Counted from the stretch's first letter, positions 40,655 through 50,327 are shown. The stretch is DNA of 52,490 nt from an uncultured Verrucomicrobiales bacterium (GCA_938091905.1 CALKOM010000111.1:1-52490); one strand, 5' to 3'. Numbers and translations: made by a program. Notes: a model not told the origin generated them from the sequence alone.

Positions 40655-42049
40655 CTACACTTCCCAACCTTTCCTGACGGGCTCTCGAATGAGAGAGTCT
40701 GCTTTGTCCACCCCAATCGCTTTGAGGTTCTCGGCATCCCAATGGATCTTCTCTCCACCTAGCCTCAGTGAGAGCACGCCGATCAAGGTGATCTCTGTCA
40801 GGTTGGCTGCTACGCCGAAGTTCGAACTCGCTTCGGGACCTCCTTTAATGGCGTCTACCCAGTCTCGATAGTGTCCCTTGGAGCGGGGAATGGTAGGCTC
40901 TAGTTTGGTCATGGAGGCTCGTAGTGTATCGGGAAACACACGGGGTGCTCCGCCTGCACCGTCGCATTGAATGATGCCTTTCTCTCCGACGAGAAGAATC
41001 CCCCGTCGTGGAAGTTTCATGCTGTCAGGCATGCTCTCGGGGTGGGGCGGTTGTAGCCCGCCTGAATACCAGGTGACTTTGATGGGCGACTGTTTACCTC
41101 GTGCGGGAAAGTGATAGTAGCCAATCTCTCCGTAGGGTGCGATGTCTCGGTCTCCAAACCCAGCCGGGAAAATCTCAACGCTTTCTGGAGCTTTTAAGTC
41201 GCAGGCCCACGTGATGGCGTCGAGATCGTGGCAGCCAAAGTCGCCCAAAGCACCGCATCCGTAGTCCCAAAAATCACGCCATTTCACGGGAGCGAGGGCT
41301 TCGTGGTAGGGGCGTTCTTTGGCTGGGCCTAACCAAAGGTCCCAATTCATATTCGTCGGCGGTGTTGGCCTATTTGTTGGGTAGCCGGTCAGTCCGGGAT
41401 TCCACCGCGTGGCGGGTACCCAAGCATGAGCCTCTCGCACATTTCCAATGACTCCTGCTTTCACATACTCGACCGTCTGTCGGATTCCGTTGGTGCTGTG
41501 ACCTCCATTGCCCATTTGCGTGGCCACCCCGGTTTCCTTCGCGACATCCCTTACCTTTCGAACTTCCCAGAGGTTGTGTGTCAGCGGCTTTTCGCAATAC
41601 ACGGGCTTGCCCGCGCGCATGGCGAGAATGGAGACGTAGGCGTGGCTGTGATCTGGAGTCGAACACACCAGCGCGTCGAGCGAGGTTTCTTTTTCTAACA
41701 TCACCCTGAAATCTTCGTATTGAGAGACGCGGTGATTCGGAGTTTTCTCACGGTAATGGTCTTCGACCATCGTTGTCACTGGATCCATCCCGGCTTCAGT
41801 CTTGTAGTAGAAACCAGCTAGATTCCAATAACGAGCGGGATCAGCGATTGCCGTGATCTGTACGTCGTCGAGACGCATCAGGTTGGTCGTGTTGCCTTTC
41901 CCCTTGCCGCCTGCTCCGATGATTCCGATGTTCACCTTCTCACTCGGTGGCGTGACATTTGCACCTCCGAGAACATGGCGTGGAATGATCGTGGGAAAGC
42001 CGATCACAGCAGTGCTCTTGGTTAGGAAACGTCGGCGAGAAGCGCTCAT
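40655..42049 (-). CDS. Tat-exported Gfo/Idh/MocA oxidoreductase
   Basis: SRRRFL Tat motif, IGAGGKG, STPDHSH, YCEKPL, TQMGN, WDLWLGPA, GALGDFGCH. Confidence 0.92.
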   Translation of the reverse strand: MSASRRRFLTKSTAVIGFPTIIPRHVLGGANVTPPSEKVNIGIIGAGGKGKGNTTNLMRLDDVQITAIADPARYWNLAGFYYKTEAGMDPVTTMVEDHYREKTPNHRVSQYEDFRVMLEKETSLDALVCSTPDHSHAYVSILAMRAGKPVYCEKPLTHNLWEVRKVRDVAKETGVATQMGNGGHSTNGIRQTVEYVKAGVIGNVREAHAWVPATRWNPGLTGYPTNRPTPPTNMNWDLWLGPAKERPYHEALAPVKWRDFWDYGCGALGDFGCHDLDAITWACDLKAPESVEIFPAGFGDRDIAPYGEIGYYHFPARGKQSPIKVTWYSGGLQPPHPESMPDSMKLPRRGILLVGEKGIIQCDGAGGAPRVFPDTLRASMTKLEPTIPRSKGHYRDWVDAIKGGPEASSNFGVAANLTEITLIGVLSLRLGGEKIHWDAENLKAIGVDKADSLIREPVRKGWEV

Positions 42050-42062
42050 GACTCGATCGGCT

Positions 42063-42617
42063 TTACTTGTCTTCTTTCTTCTCTTTCGGTGCGTCCTGCG
42101 CCTTCTCTTTTGTCTCAGACGCTTTCTCCTCTGCCGGTTCATGCGTGATCATTCCATTGAGCAATCCTTGAAGACCTGGGCCTGACCAAGTGCCAGCATA
42201 AGAGTTCTCATAGACTAGCACTCGTGCTGAGTATTTGTTGCCTCCTGGGATGCCCATGTTGTTCACGACCATCACGGGAGTGTCATCGGCCCACTCGACG
42301 CGAAGAGGCACGGGAACGACCATGTTGAACCCGCCATACTCGATCCGCGAATTCACGGTCCAGAAGCCGTTGTCATTTTTCTTCACACTGACAATCGTGT
42401 ATTTGTCTTCCTTTTCGGGAGTGAGCTCGCCGTCTTTGACCAAGCACCAACGCCCAGACATCGTGGCATTCGTCATGGTCTTGATGAAGCGGGCTTCGAG
42501 TTCTTCTTGGGCGGGCTTCTTCGCTTTAGCAGGCTTCTCCTTCTTCGGAGCTGGAGCGTCTTGGGCAAAGCTAGTAACAGTGAGCAGGCACGATAGTAAA
42601 AGGTATGGCAGTTTCAT
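42063..42617 (-). CDS. Secreted hypothetical protein
   Basis: Signal peptide, beta-rich core (YSARVL....YAGTW) and charged tails. Confidence 0.8.
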   Translation of the reverse strand: MKLPYLLLSCLLTVTSFAQDAPAPKKEKPAKAKKPAQEELEARFIKTMTNATMSGRWCLVKDGELTPEKEDKYTIVSVKKNDNGFWTVNSRIEYGGFNMVVPVPLRVEWADDTPVMVVNNMGIPGGNKYSARVLVYENSYAGTWSGPGLQGLLNGMITHEPAEEKASETKEKAQDAPKEKKEDK

Positions 42618-42681
42618 ACAGGCTATTCAACCACAGGAGCAGGGACAATGCTCGCGGAAGATTGCGCAGACTTGACTGGGC

Positions 42682-43143
42682 TTAGAGAACGCGCTCGAGA
42701 TTCAATCTCGAATCAGCGTCTAGCCCGGCAATCGACTCGATTTCGTAGCGATTGCCCATGCTATCGCGAATGATTAGATGATCGTCGGACAGGCGACTGA
42801 TGTTCTTGCCAGGTTCGCGCAGGTTAAAATAGCGATTCCCTCGATCGGTTTCCACACGGAGATAGCGGTGCCCATGGTTCACATAGCTTTCAGTGATGCG
42901 AGAGACTTTGGAGATGCGGTAGGTTTTCCAAAGTTCGGATTCAGCTAGGGACCGGGACTCGGAGTCAAGATCCTGAAGCGAGTCTAACCAAGCAAGCTCT
43001 TCCTTGCCTTTGACGTCCATGATCGAGATCTGTCCGCTGGGAGCTGAGATCGGGCGAGCGTAGACGAGGCGCACCGCAATCTCTTCCCCGCCGTCGATGG
43101 AAGCCATCATGCTGTCGGTCTCTTTGTGGAGTCGAACCTTCAT
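42682..43143 (-). CDS. DUF1854 domain protein
   Basis: RPIS.P..ISI.D..G.E...L..L..LD..SR, VETDRG.R.F, I.D..GNRYEI..I..LD..SR; overlaps the ABC transporter stop by 4 nt. Confidence 0.85.
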   Translation of the reverse strand: MKVRLHKETDSMMASIDGGEEIAVRLVYARPISAPSGQISIMDVKGKEELAWLDSLQDLDSESRSLAESELWKTYRISKVSRITESYVNHGHRYLRVETDRGNRYFNLREPGKNISRLSDDHLIIRDSMGNRYEIESIAGLDADSRLNLERVL

Positions 43144-45491
43144 TCTGATTCGGTGCTGTAAGTTTTGAGCCGGTTGTTCTCTGCTTGAATGCGAACGAGT
43201 TTGGCGAAATGGCCGTCTTCCTTTGCTAGCAGTTCTTCGTGTGTTCCCATCTCAATGATCTGACCATCGTCGATGACTAGCAACCGATCGGCATTGCGCA
43301 AGGTCGCAAGACGGTGCGCGATGGCTAGTGTGGTGCGACCTTTGACCAATTTGGCGATCGCTGCTTGGATCGCCTTCTCGGTTTCTGAATCCACAGCGGA
43401 GGTGGCTTCGTCCAGGATGAGGATCGGTGGATCATTGAGTATGGCCCGGGCGATCGCGAGTCGTTGTTTCTCGCCACCGGATAGATTCGAACCGCTTTCG
43501 CCGACTAGAGTGTCGTAGCCTTCTTCTTTACCGAGAATGAACTCATGGGCTTCGGCAGCGCGGGCTGCTCTGACGATGTCCTCAAATGAGGCTTCGGGGC
43601 GACCGTAGCTGATGTTGTCCATGATGCTGGCATTGAAGAGAAAGGGGTCTTGCATGACGATGCCGATATTCTCGCGCCACTGGGAAAGCTTGATGGTCCG
43701 AAGGTTGTGCCCATCGACCAGGATGGTGCCGGAATCGACGTCGTAGAACCGGCAGCAAAGATTGATGATCGTGCTCTTGCCGGCGCCGCTCTTTCCAACA
43801 AGACCGATCATTTCTCCGGGTTTGATGTCGACCGTCAGTCCTTTGATGACCTCTTTACCTCGATCATAGCTGAACCGCACATCGTCAAAGCGAATCGATC
43901 CTTCGATCTCTGGGAGTGTGATGGCGTCAGGATCATCGTATTGTTCAGGTTTCTGATCGAGAATGTGAAGGATGCGCTCAGCGGAGGCAAAGGCGTGGGT
44001 CATCCAGTTGATCACGGCTGTGAACCACTGTAGAGGCGCATAGAACATCACCATGTAACCGATGAACGCGATCAGGTCGCCAAAGGTGAAGGATGAGGTC
44101 GGATCTAGAATCTCGCGGCCACCAAAGTACCAAACGGCAACTGATCCCAAACCAATGACCAATGCCATGATCTCGGCAAAGCGAATCCAGGTCTTTTCCA
44201 ACCGAAAGACCACGGTGAAGAAGCTTTCATTATCTCTAGCAAACTGCTGCTGGCGACGGCTTTCCTGGGTCAGTGCCTTGATGGACTTGATCCCGCGAAT
44301 GCTTTCACCGAGCGTGGAATGCATCACACTGTTGCGATTTCCGCGTTTGTGAAAGAGCGGTACGAGACGTTTCCAGAACCAACCACCGCCGATCGTGAGT
44401 AAGGGAACGGGAAGAAAGACGAACAGGGCGAGGAACGGATTGAGCCAGAAGAGAATGGCTCCAATAGCCACGAAAGAGAGCGTGTTGATGAAGAGATAGG
44501 GCACGCCCTCGACAAGGAACTGCTTCAGTTCAGCCGTGTCATTCATCACGCGGCTTATGAGCTCTCCACTTTCACGTTTGCCATGGTAACTCATGGCGAG
44601 TCGTTGCGTTTGATTGTGTAGTCGCTTTCTGAGATCTGCAGTGACGCGTCCACTGAGCCATGCGGTGACACTGTTTCCAAAAATTCGTCCAATGCCGATG
44701 ACGATGTAGGCCGCTGCGATCAGTGAGCAGAGCAAGCCTAACGTTTGGGTTGCTTCCGCCGTATCGACCAATGCTAAATCACCTTCGTTCAGGACTTCAT
44801 CGACGATGAACTTTGTGATGAGTGGAATCGACATCTGAGCGACTACGGTGACTAACATCGCGATCGTCATCAGGACCAAACGCCATCGATAAGGCTGTAC
44901 GATCTCATACAAGCGCTTGATGATTTCCATTCGAGGGACATCAGTCGGGCTCTGAGCACCACGCTCTGGCAAGGGCACTCCTGACTTGGAGTAGGCGGGG
45001 CCGTCGAGCGTTGGCAAGATGATCTCGCGGTCATTGACAAGGTCTTCAATGATGCGAGCTCCTGCCGCGAACTCCGGGATGAGATCGTGGCTGTAACAGA
45101 TGAGCGTGACCATGCCTTGGGCACTCTTGATCATGACGCGACCTCCGCCGAAGAGCTCGACATTCTTTGCCGAATCGATATCTGCTAGTTCAACCATGAC
45201 GGGATCCTGTCCTTCGCCCAAGCCGATCGCTGATTTGTCGGTAACGACCAGGTAAGAATCCGCGAAATGGCCTCCACGGTTCATGTCTCCCTTGAGGCAA
45301 TAGCGGATCGACTCATTGGCTGGCACGTGGGCAGCCAGCGCATCGGGAAGCGGCTCATGGAATCGCGGGTCAGGCTCTTGATCTGGAACCGGAACGGGCA
45401 CGCTGGAGAGAAGCATAGGCGATATCAAATGGCGAACGAAACCCCCTCTTCGGGAGTCGGGCGGGGGACTGATCGCCGAGCCTGTGTTCAT
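43140..45491 (-). CDS. ABC exporter (TMD plus NBD) with N-terminal extension
   Basis: GKSGAGKST, LSGGEKQRLAIARA, ILDEATS, IAHRL; a TM domain; about 190 aa of soluble N-terminal extension. Confidence 0.93.
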   Translation of the reverse strand: MNTGSAISPPPDSRRGGFVRHLISPMLLSSVPVPVPDQEPDPRFHEPLPDALAAHVPANESIRYCLKGDMNRGGHFADSYLVVTDKSAIGLGEGQDPVMVELADIDSAKNVELFGGGRVMIKSAQGMVTLICYSHDLIPEFAAGARIIEDLVNDREIILPTLDGPAYSKSGVPLPERGAQSPTDVPRMEIIKRLYEIVQPYRWRLVLMTIAMLVTVVAQMSIPLITKFIVDEVLNEGDLALVDTAEATQTLGLLCSLIAAAYIVIGIGRIFGNSVTAWLSGRVTADLRKRLHNQTQRLAMSYHGKRESGELISRVMNDTAELKQFLVEGVPYLFINTLSFVAIGAILFWLNPFLALFVFLPVPLLTIGGGWFWKRLVPLFHKRGNRNSVMHSTLGESIRGIKSIKALTQESRRQQQFARDNESFFTVVFRLEKTWIRFAEIMALVIGLGSVAVWYFGGREILDPTSSFTFGDLIAFIGYMVMFYAPLQWFTAVINWMTHAFASAERILHILDQKPEQYDDPDAITLPEIEGSIRFDDVRFSYDRGKEVIKGLTVDIKPGEMIGLVGKSGAGKSTIINLCCRFYDVDSGTILVDGHNLRTIKLSQWRENIGIVMQDPFLFNASIMDNISYGRPEASFEDIVRAARAAEAHEFILGKEEGYDTLVGESGSNLSGGEKQRLAIARAILNDPPILILDEATSAVDSETEKAIQAAIAKLVKGRTTLAIAHRLATLRNADRLLVIDDGQIIEMGTHEELLAKEDGHFAKLVRIQAENNRLKTYSTESE

Positions 45492-45670
45492 TCGCCTGAG
45501 CTTGGTGTCTCCAAGGTCATGTCTGATTCTAGCTCCTTGTGAGGGGCTATTTCAGCTCAGTCTATAAAATATGAAAATACATTTAAATATGATATTTGCA
45601 AGGTTGTGATCGAGTGGTTGGACTTTAGTATGGTAGCTGTAACGATGAGGAGATGCCTTGGTGAGATTCT

Positions 45671-46303
45671 GTGCCTGATTCTGCTCTCCTGTCAGTGGAT
45701 GACTATGGAGGTTTGACTCGCACAATGAAGTTGGCGGTTGGCAGCCTGGCTATAGACAATGGCGTGGTAACCGTGCAGACACCAGTCGTCGATCAGCGTG
45801 GCATGGCGCGAGTGTTCGGCCCTGGGCTCGATTTAGGTGCTTACGAGGCTGGGGAGCCAGACGATGGATATGATGCTTGGGTTGCTGAGCAATTGCCTCC
45901 CGGAAGCGATCTGTCTCCAGGACTAGACTACGATGGGGACGGTATATCCAACTTGCAGGAGTATGGCAATCTGGGTGATCCGACAGTGGCCAACATTGAT
46001 CCGGAGTTTGGTGAAATCGTCACCGACGGTTCAGGACAGGATCATCTCTTGATCACCTTCCCGCATCGTCTGGACTAAGCAGATCTTGCTTTTGAGGTCC
46101 GAGCGGCGAGTGACGTTTCTGAGCTCGCTGATGGCGGGGACTACGTCGTTGTCTATCGTTTCGAGGATGGTTCAATGACTGAAAGCTCCGGATTTGTCAG
46201 CCGAGACGATGGGGTGAGTCCTCCTGTGTTGGAGGTGATGGATACCCAATCGACGACTGCTAACCAGCGTCGTTTTCTTCAGCTCATGACGATCCTGGAG
46301 TGA
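45671..46303 (+). pseudogene. C-terminal remnant of a large secreted protein (choice-of-anchor Q-like end plus C-terminal RFxxL module)
   Basis: D.GG.TRT..L..GS.AID.G...DQRG..R....DLGAYE, then DYDGDG.SNL.EY. Past an in-frame TAA at 46076 the frame continues to RRFLQL..LE-TGA at 46303. No N-terminus. Confidence 0.7.
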
Positions 46304-48007
46304 CTAGCGTCCAATCTTGAGCTGTCCCGCTAGCCGAACAAAGCTGTGGCTGAGTTCCTTGCCAGGGACCGCACTCCATAGTCGGAAGCCAAGAGGGCGC
46401 TGGTCGAAGTTGCGACTGGTGGTTTCGCCGCTGACCAGCTGGATCCCTTTGTAATTATTGGCGATGTAGCGGTGGGTGTGGCCGGAGAGGTGTGCGATGA
46501 CTCCAAAGTCTTCGAACAGGGTGAGTAGTTCTTTGCGCTTTGCTAAGGGCAAATTCATGTAGGATTCGCCTTCGAGCGGGCTATTTGCAAAGAGAGGATA
46601 GTGAGTCACGACAATGATAGGCTGATTCTTTGACTTGGCTTCTGCCAATGTCTGGATGAACCAGGTGTCGTGCTTCTCTGATTCGTCCCGAACGGGAGCT
46701 TTCCATAGCTGGGTGTTGGCCACGGCGAAGGTGTAACCCTTGTGCTCGACCGTGTAGTAGTCTTTGCCAACTTTCTCGCGATACTGTTTCAACGATTTGA
46801 GCGTGGGTTGATTCTCCACGTCGTGATTTCCCGCTGCGCAGTGGCAGGGAATCTTGAACTTGGCTTTGATACGATTGAAGTCGCGGAAAGAGGTGTCATT
46901 GGCGTCTTGCACGAGGTCACCACAAATGAAGACCAAATCAGGGTTGAGTGCATTGATCTGGACGACGGCGCGTTCGAAGGCTTCCACGTCATGGGCATAG
47001 CCGCCCATACCGAGTTGGGTGTCACACATTTGCACGAATTTGAATCCTTGTTCTACAGGCTCTGGTGGGCGTCTAAGCTTGCCTTTCCAATCGCGCATGG
47101 TGTTTGTCGTCCCCAACATGCCTTGCTCGTTGGTGATTCCCTCTCCCACCAGTTTGAGAAATGGATCTGCCTTTTCGCGCATCGCCCAGGCCATGGCTCG
47201 GAAGAGGATGATGCGGAACTCTGGATCGTAATAGGTAAAGGTATTGTGCCCGGTCGTGGTTCCGAAGACTCGGCCTTTGCCGCGTTCCAGAATCCAGAAC
47301 ATTGGCGATGCTTGCTTCGAGAGTTCATTAGGTGGAATGAGTCCTCGGCTACCTCCAGGCCGACCGGTGCGGACATGGCCTAACACCTGCACGTCTTCGA
47401 GCTGATTGAGGTTCCAGTAGAACTCATCCACAATGCGCAGCTTCTCTGGGAAGCCCCGAAAGATCGTGTGATCTTGTTTCACTGTGATGTCTTCGAAGAT
47501 CGCGCCCCAGTCGGAACGACCTTCGTCCCATGCCATGCCCAAGCACTGTGCTAGCTTCTTGCCTTCTTCTGCCGGGCGGATGATGGCTGTCTCGTGCAAG
47601 GCGACCACGCCGCCACCTTTCTGAACGTAGGCTTTGAAATCGGAATACTGCGCATTCGTCAATTGCGGCAGGTGGAGATACATGGCCACGAGGTCGGCTT
47701 TCTCAAATTGCGCTTTGCTAGGAAAGAGGTAGGCGGTTTCGACGGTTACGTCGGGGACCTTCTCAAGGAGGCCTGTCATCAAGTCGCGCACACGAAGATA
47801 GTCGTGTGCTCCAGGGCGGTGCCCGCCGTCGTAACCCCACACCCACACAATGTGTCGAGGCTCTGTAGGAGCGTCGGCAGTCAATGGTCCCATGATTGCC
47901 TCCACGTGAGCCGTGGAGACGAGAGGCTTGGGCTTCTGCCACTCATGCTGAGCGGAGGCCAAGGATAGGGTATAGAAAGACAGGAGAGCGATGATACGAG
48001 CGATCAT
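46304..48007 (-). CDS. Secreted ThuA-domain / metallophosphoesterase fusion
   Basis: Signal peptide; ThuA-like N-part (GAHDY, GGG.VALH, DEFY, GRVF.TT.GH). C-part has D.Q.G, GDL, GNHD, H.P and SGH.H calcineurin-like motifs. Confidence 0.85.
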   Translation of the reverse strand: MIARIIALLSFYTLSLASAQHEWQKPKPLVSTAHVEAIMGPLTADAPTEPRHIVWVWGYDGGHRPGAHDYLRVRDLMTGLLEKVPDVTVETAYLFPSKAQFEKADLVAMYLHLPQLTNAQYSDFKAYVQKGGGVVALHETAIIRPAEEGKKLAQCLGMAWDEGRSDWGAIFEDITVKQDHTIFRGFPEKLRIVDEFYWNLNQLEDVQVLGHVRTGRPGGSRGLIPPNELSKQASPMFWILERGKGRVFGTTTGHNTFTYYDPEFRIILFRAMAWAMREKADPFLKLVGEGITNEQGMLGTTNTMRDWKGKLRRPPEPVEQGFKFVQMCDTQLGMGGYAHDVEAFERAVVQINALNPDLVFICGDLVQDANDTSFRDFNRIKAKFKIPCHCAAGNHDVENQPTLKSLKQYREKVGKDYYTVEHKGYTFAVANTQLWKAPVRDESEKHDTWFIQTLAEAKSKNQPIIVVTHYPLFANSPLEGESYMNLPLAKRKELLTLFEDFGVIAHLSGHTHRYIANNYKGIQLVSGETTSRNFDQRPLGFRLWSAVPGKELSHSFVRLAGQLKIGR

Positions 48008-48066
48008 GTTTAAATGATACTCGTGTGCAGGCCGAGCGGCTAGCCCTCGTTTCGCTCAGCCCCTTG

Positions 48067-48978
48067 TTATTCGATCTCGACGAGAAGCCGGATGAAACGT
48101 TGCTCGTTGTTGGTCAACGGTGTGCGGTCTCGGACCACGAGCATGTTTGCAGATTCCCGGATGACGCTGACTTCTTCTGTCGAATGAGACCACTCGCGCA
48201 GATCGCTAGACACCTGCACGCGATAGTCGAGAACATGGTTTGGTGCTTTGGTCACCGTCATTTCTAGCGTGTCGTTGGCTGACACGCCGACACTTACATT
48301 CGAGATCTCATCGGCGAGTAGTGGGTCCGTGTCGTAAGCCATTTCATCGAGATTCGTTTTCCCATCGCCATCTGGATCGCCTAACCAGTTCGCAGTATTA
48401 TTTGTGATCTGCTCTACCGAGAAATGACGCATTTGCCAGTCTGTCCCGGTGATCCAGGGAATAGGGTTGCTCGTGGATACAGATCCCGTTTGCAGAAAGA
48501 ACGGGGTCCCAGTCGCATTGACCTGACCAACGATCACATTTGTTGCGTTCTGCACTGTCCACGAAACCGGTGGATTGGCTCCTCCGGCCATTGGCCAATT
48601 CCAACTCGGGTTGGTGAGGAGGACCCACTCTCCAGGATGGACGAGTGAGAGCCCCCAGAGGTATCCCTGCGAGGCGGAATTGAAGGGGGTGTCATTTGTC
48701 TCAATGACAAAGCTTCCGGCGACGATTTGGGTCGACGGATTGTAGGGCGCACGCTGAACGACTCGCCAGTAGGCTGCCCATTCGGCGGTGTTGGCGCTGT
48801 TGGGGACAAAGCTATCGTCGAAGGCCCCGAGTTCGAAGATAAAGGAATCATCGAGGGCAGTGCCCTCGCTGGTCTGATGAATAGAGAAGGCGGAGCTCGA
48901 CCAGTCGACTTGCCCGCCACTCGCTGGATCAGCGAGGAGAAATGTCAGTATCAGGCTGGCGAAAGCGGAAAAGCGCAT
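48067..48978 (-). CDS. Secreted protein with C-terminal DxDGDG...RFIRL module
   Basis: Signal peptide; LDDSF.FELG.F...F.P...N...W...W N-domain; DPDGDGKTNL.E and YRVQ.S.DL..W...RFIRL. Confidence 0.8.
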   Translation of the reverse strand: MRFSAFASLILTFLLADPASGGQVDWSSSAFSIHQTSEGTALDDSFIFELGAFDDSFVPNSANTAEWAAYWRVVQRAPYNPSTQIVAGSFVIETNDTPFNSASQGYLWGLSLVHPGEWVLLTNPSWNWPMAGGANPPVSWTVQNATNVIVGQVNATGTPFFLQTGSVSTSNPIPWITGTDWQMRHFSVEQITNNTANWLGDPDGDGKTNLDEMAYDTDPLLADEISNVSVGVSANDTLEMTVTKAPNHVLDYRVQVSSDLREWSHSTEEVSVIRESANMLVVRDRTPLTNNEQRFIRLLVEIE

Positions 48979-49058
48979 TTCCAGAAGGAAGCGCTTTAGT
49001 CGATCAACTCAACACTAAAAATCTTCTAAATATAGAAATTTTAGCTATAGGGGAAGGC

Positions 49059-49268
49059 CTATTTGCCTCGGCTACCTTTGGTATTCATCGACATGATACT
49101 GGTGCCATGGAAGACGACGCCAGATCCACCGGTGATGATACGCTTCACTGGAAGGCCTGTTTCCGGGTCCTCGGTGAGCGGGGGATCGGCCATCTTCTGC
49201 TGGACCTCGAATCGGCGGGGTTCTTCGCCTGGGGTTTCTGGAATGGTTTCGTAGATATAAGTCGTCAT
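49059..49268 (-). CDS. FmdB-like regulatory protein lacking the zinc-binding cysteines
   Basis: MTTY.YE...FEV.Q.M.D.PLT..PE.G..VKRII.G..V.F.G. matches the FmdB pattern with no Cys. Confidence 0.75.
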   Translation of the reverse strand: MTTYIYETIPETPGEEPRRFEVQQKMADPPLTEDPETGLPVKRIITGGSGVVFHGTSIMSMNTKGSRGK

Positions 49269-49405
49269 GACGCGTAAGAATTTGCTCAGTAGAATGTGGG
49301 CTACAAATTGTAATGGCTCAAGGGGGCTTTCGCGATGCTCTATCGGAAACACTTGCTCCCTCCTCGGGAGGCGGTAGAATCTCCCAACTTTTAAACCCAC
49401 AGATC

Positions 49406-50116
49406 ATGAATATCGGTTCCTACAACAACCCATACACCGTCGCCGAGGCGCAGCCTTCGGCGCGAGCGGCGTTCATTAGAAATACTTATCTCCATCTCGC
49501 GATGGCCGTCATGGCGCTCGTGGCTATTGAGACCGTCCTGCTTCAGATTCCTGCCATGCGCGAAATGGCCATGAAGATGGTAGGAGGCTTCATGTGGCTC
49601 GTGGTTCTTGGCCTCTTTATGTTCGTCAGCCACATTGCGACGAAATTGGCCCACTCGGGCAGCTCACGAGGCACCCAGTACGCGGGACTCGGTCTCTACA
49701 CCGTCGCTCAAGCCATAATCTTGATGCCACTGCTGATGATCGCTTCCTACAAGGCAGGTGACAACAGCCTTATCGTAAAGGCTGGAATGATCACAGGTGG
49801 CCTATTCCTCGGTCTCACCGCAGTGACCTTCGTCACAAAGAAGGATTTCTCGTTCCTTGGTTCGGTGATTTCGGTCGGCTCGTTTATTGCTTTGGGCTGC
49901 ATCGTGGCCGGTGTTGTCTTCGGCTTCTCGTTGGGTTTGTTTTTTATGGGAGCCATGATCCTTCTGATGGCAGGTAGCATTCTCTATCAGACGTCGAATA
50001 TCATGCACCACTACAGCACTACTCAGCACGTTGCGGCATCGCTCGCCTTGTTTGCGAGTGTGGCGACGCTCTTCTGGTATGTGTTGCAGTTCGTCATGTC
50101 CATGAGCAATGATTGA
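49406..50116 (+). CDS. Bax inhibitor-1/YccA family membrane protein
   Basis: R.AFIR.TY.HL, T...F.GLT......KDFSFL, ILY.TS.I, A.L.LF.S; about 7 TM segments. Confidence 0.92.
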   Translation: MNIGSYNNPYTVAEAQPSARAAFIRNTYLHLAMAVMALVAIETVLLQIPAMREMAMKMVGGFMWLVVLGLFMFVSHIATKLAHSGSSRGTQYAGLGLYTVAQAIILMPLLMIASYKAGDNSLIVKAGMITGGLFLGLTAVTFVTKKDFSFLGSVISVGSFIALGCIVAGVVFGFSLGLFFMGAMILLMAGSILYQTSNIMHHYSTTQHVAASLALFASVATLFWYVLQFVMSMSND

Positions 50117-50145
50117 TCGCTGTCTGACGATCATCTAAATTATTT

Positions 50146-50177
50146 ACAAAGGCACTCTGGAAACAGGGTGCCTTTGT
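50146..50177 (+). terminator. Intrinsic terminator after the BI-1 gene
   Basis: ACAAAGGCACTCTG-GAAA-CAGGGTGCCTTTGT stem-loop. Confidence 0.75.
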
Positions 50178-50189
50178 TGCGTCTGGCGT

Positions 50190-50325
50190 AAGCCCGAGCG
50201 CTTACGCGCCCGGCTACGGACATACGGGTAGCTGTGGCCGTGAGGAAACGGAGCGATGCAAAAGCCCGAGCTCTCACGCGCCCGGCTACGGACGTAAGGG
50301 TAGCCGTGAGGACAAGGAGCGATGC
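50190..50325. repeat. REP/BIME-like tandem array, family C (period 72 bp)
   Basis: Two tandem units, each with an inverted GTAGCCGGGCGC-GT(A/G)A-G.GCTCGG and a forward GTAGC(TGTGGC)CGTGAGG. Confidence 0.8.
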
Positions 50326-50327
50326 GA

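Noticed and set aside
45563..45600. AT-rich patch with AAATAT-G-ATATTT as a defined regulator site
   Set aside because: Single occurrence in front of a gene remnant; it cannot be assigned to any regulator from the sequence alone.
50190..50325. CRISPR array
   Set aside because: Only two units, the intervening sequence is repeated too, no cas genes are present, and the GTAG hairpins beside a RAYT identify them as REPs.
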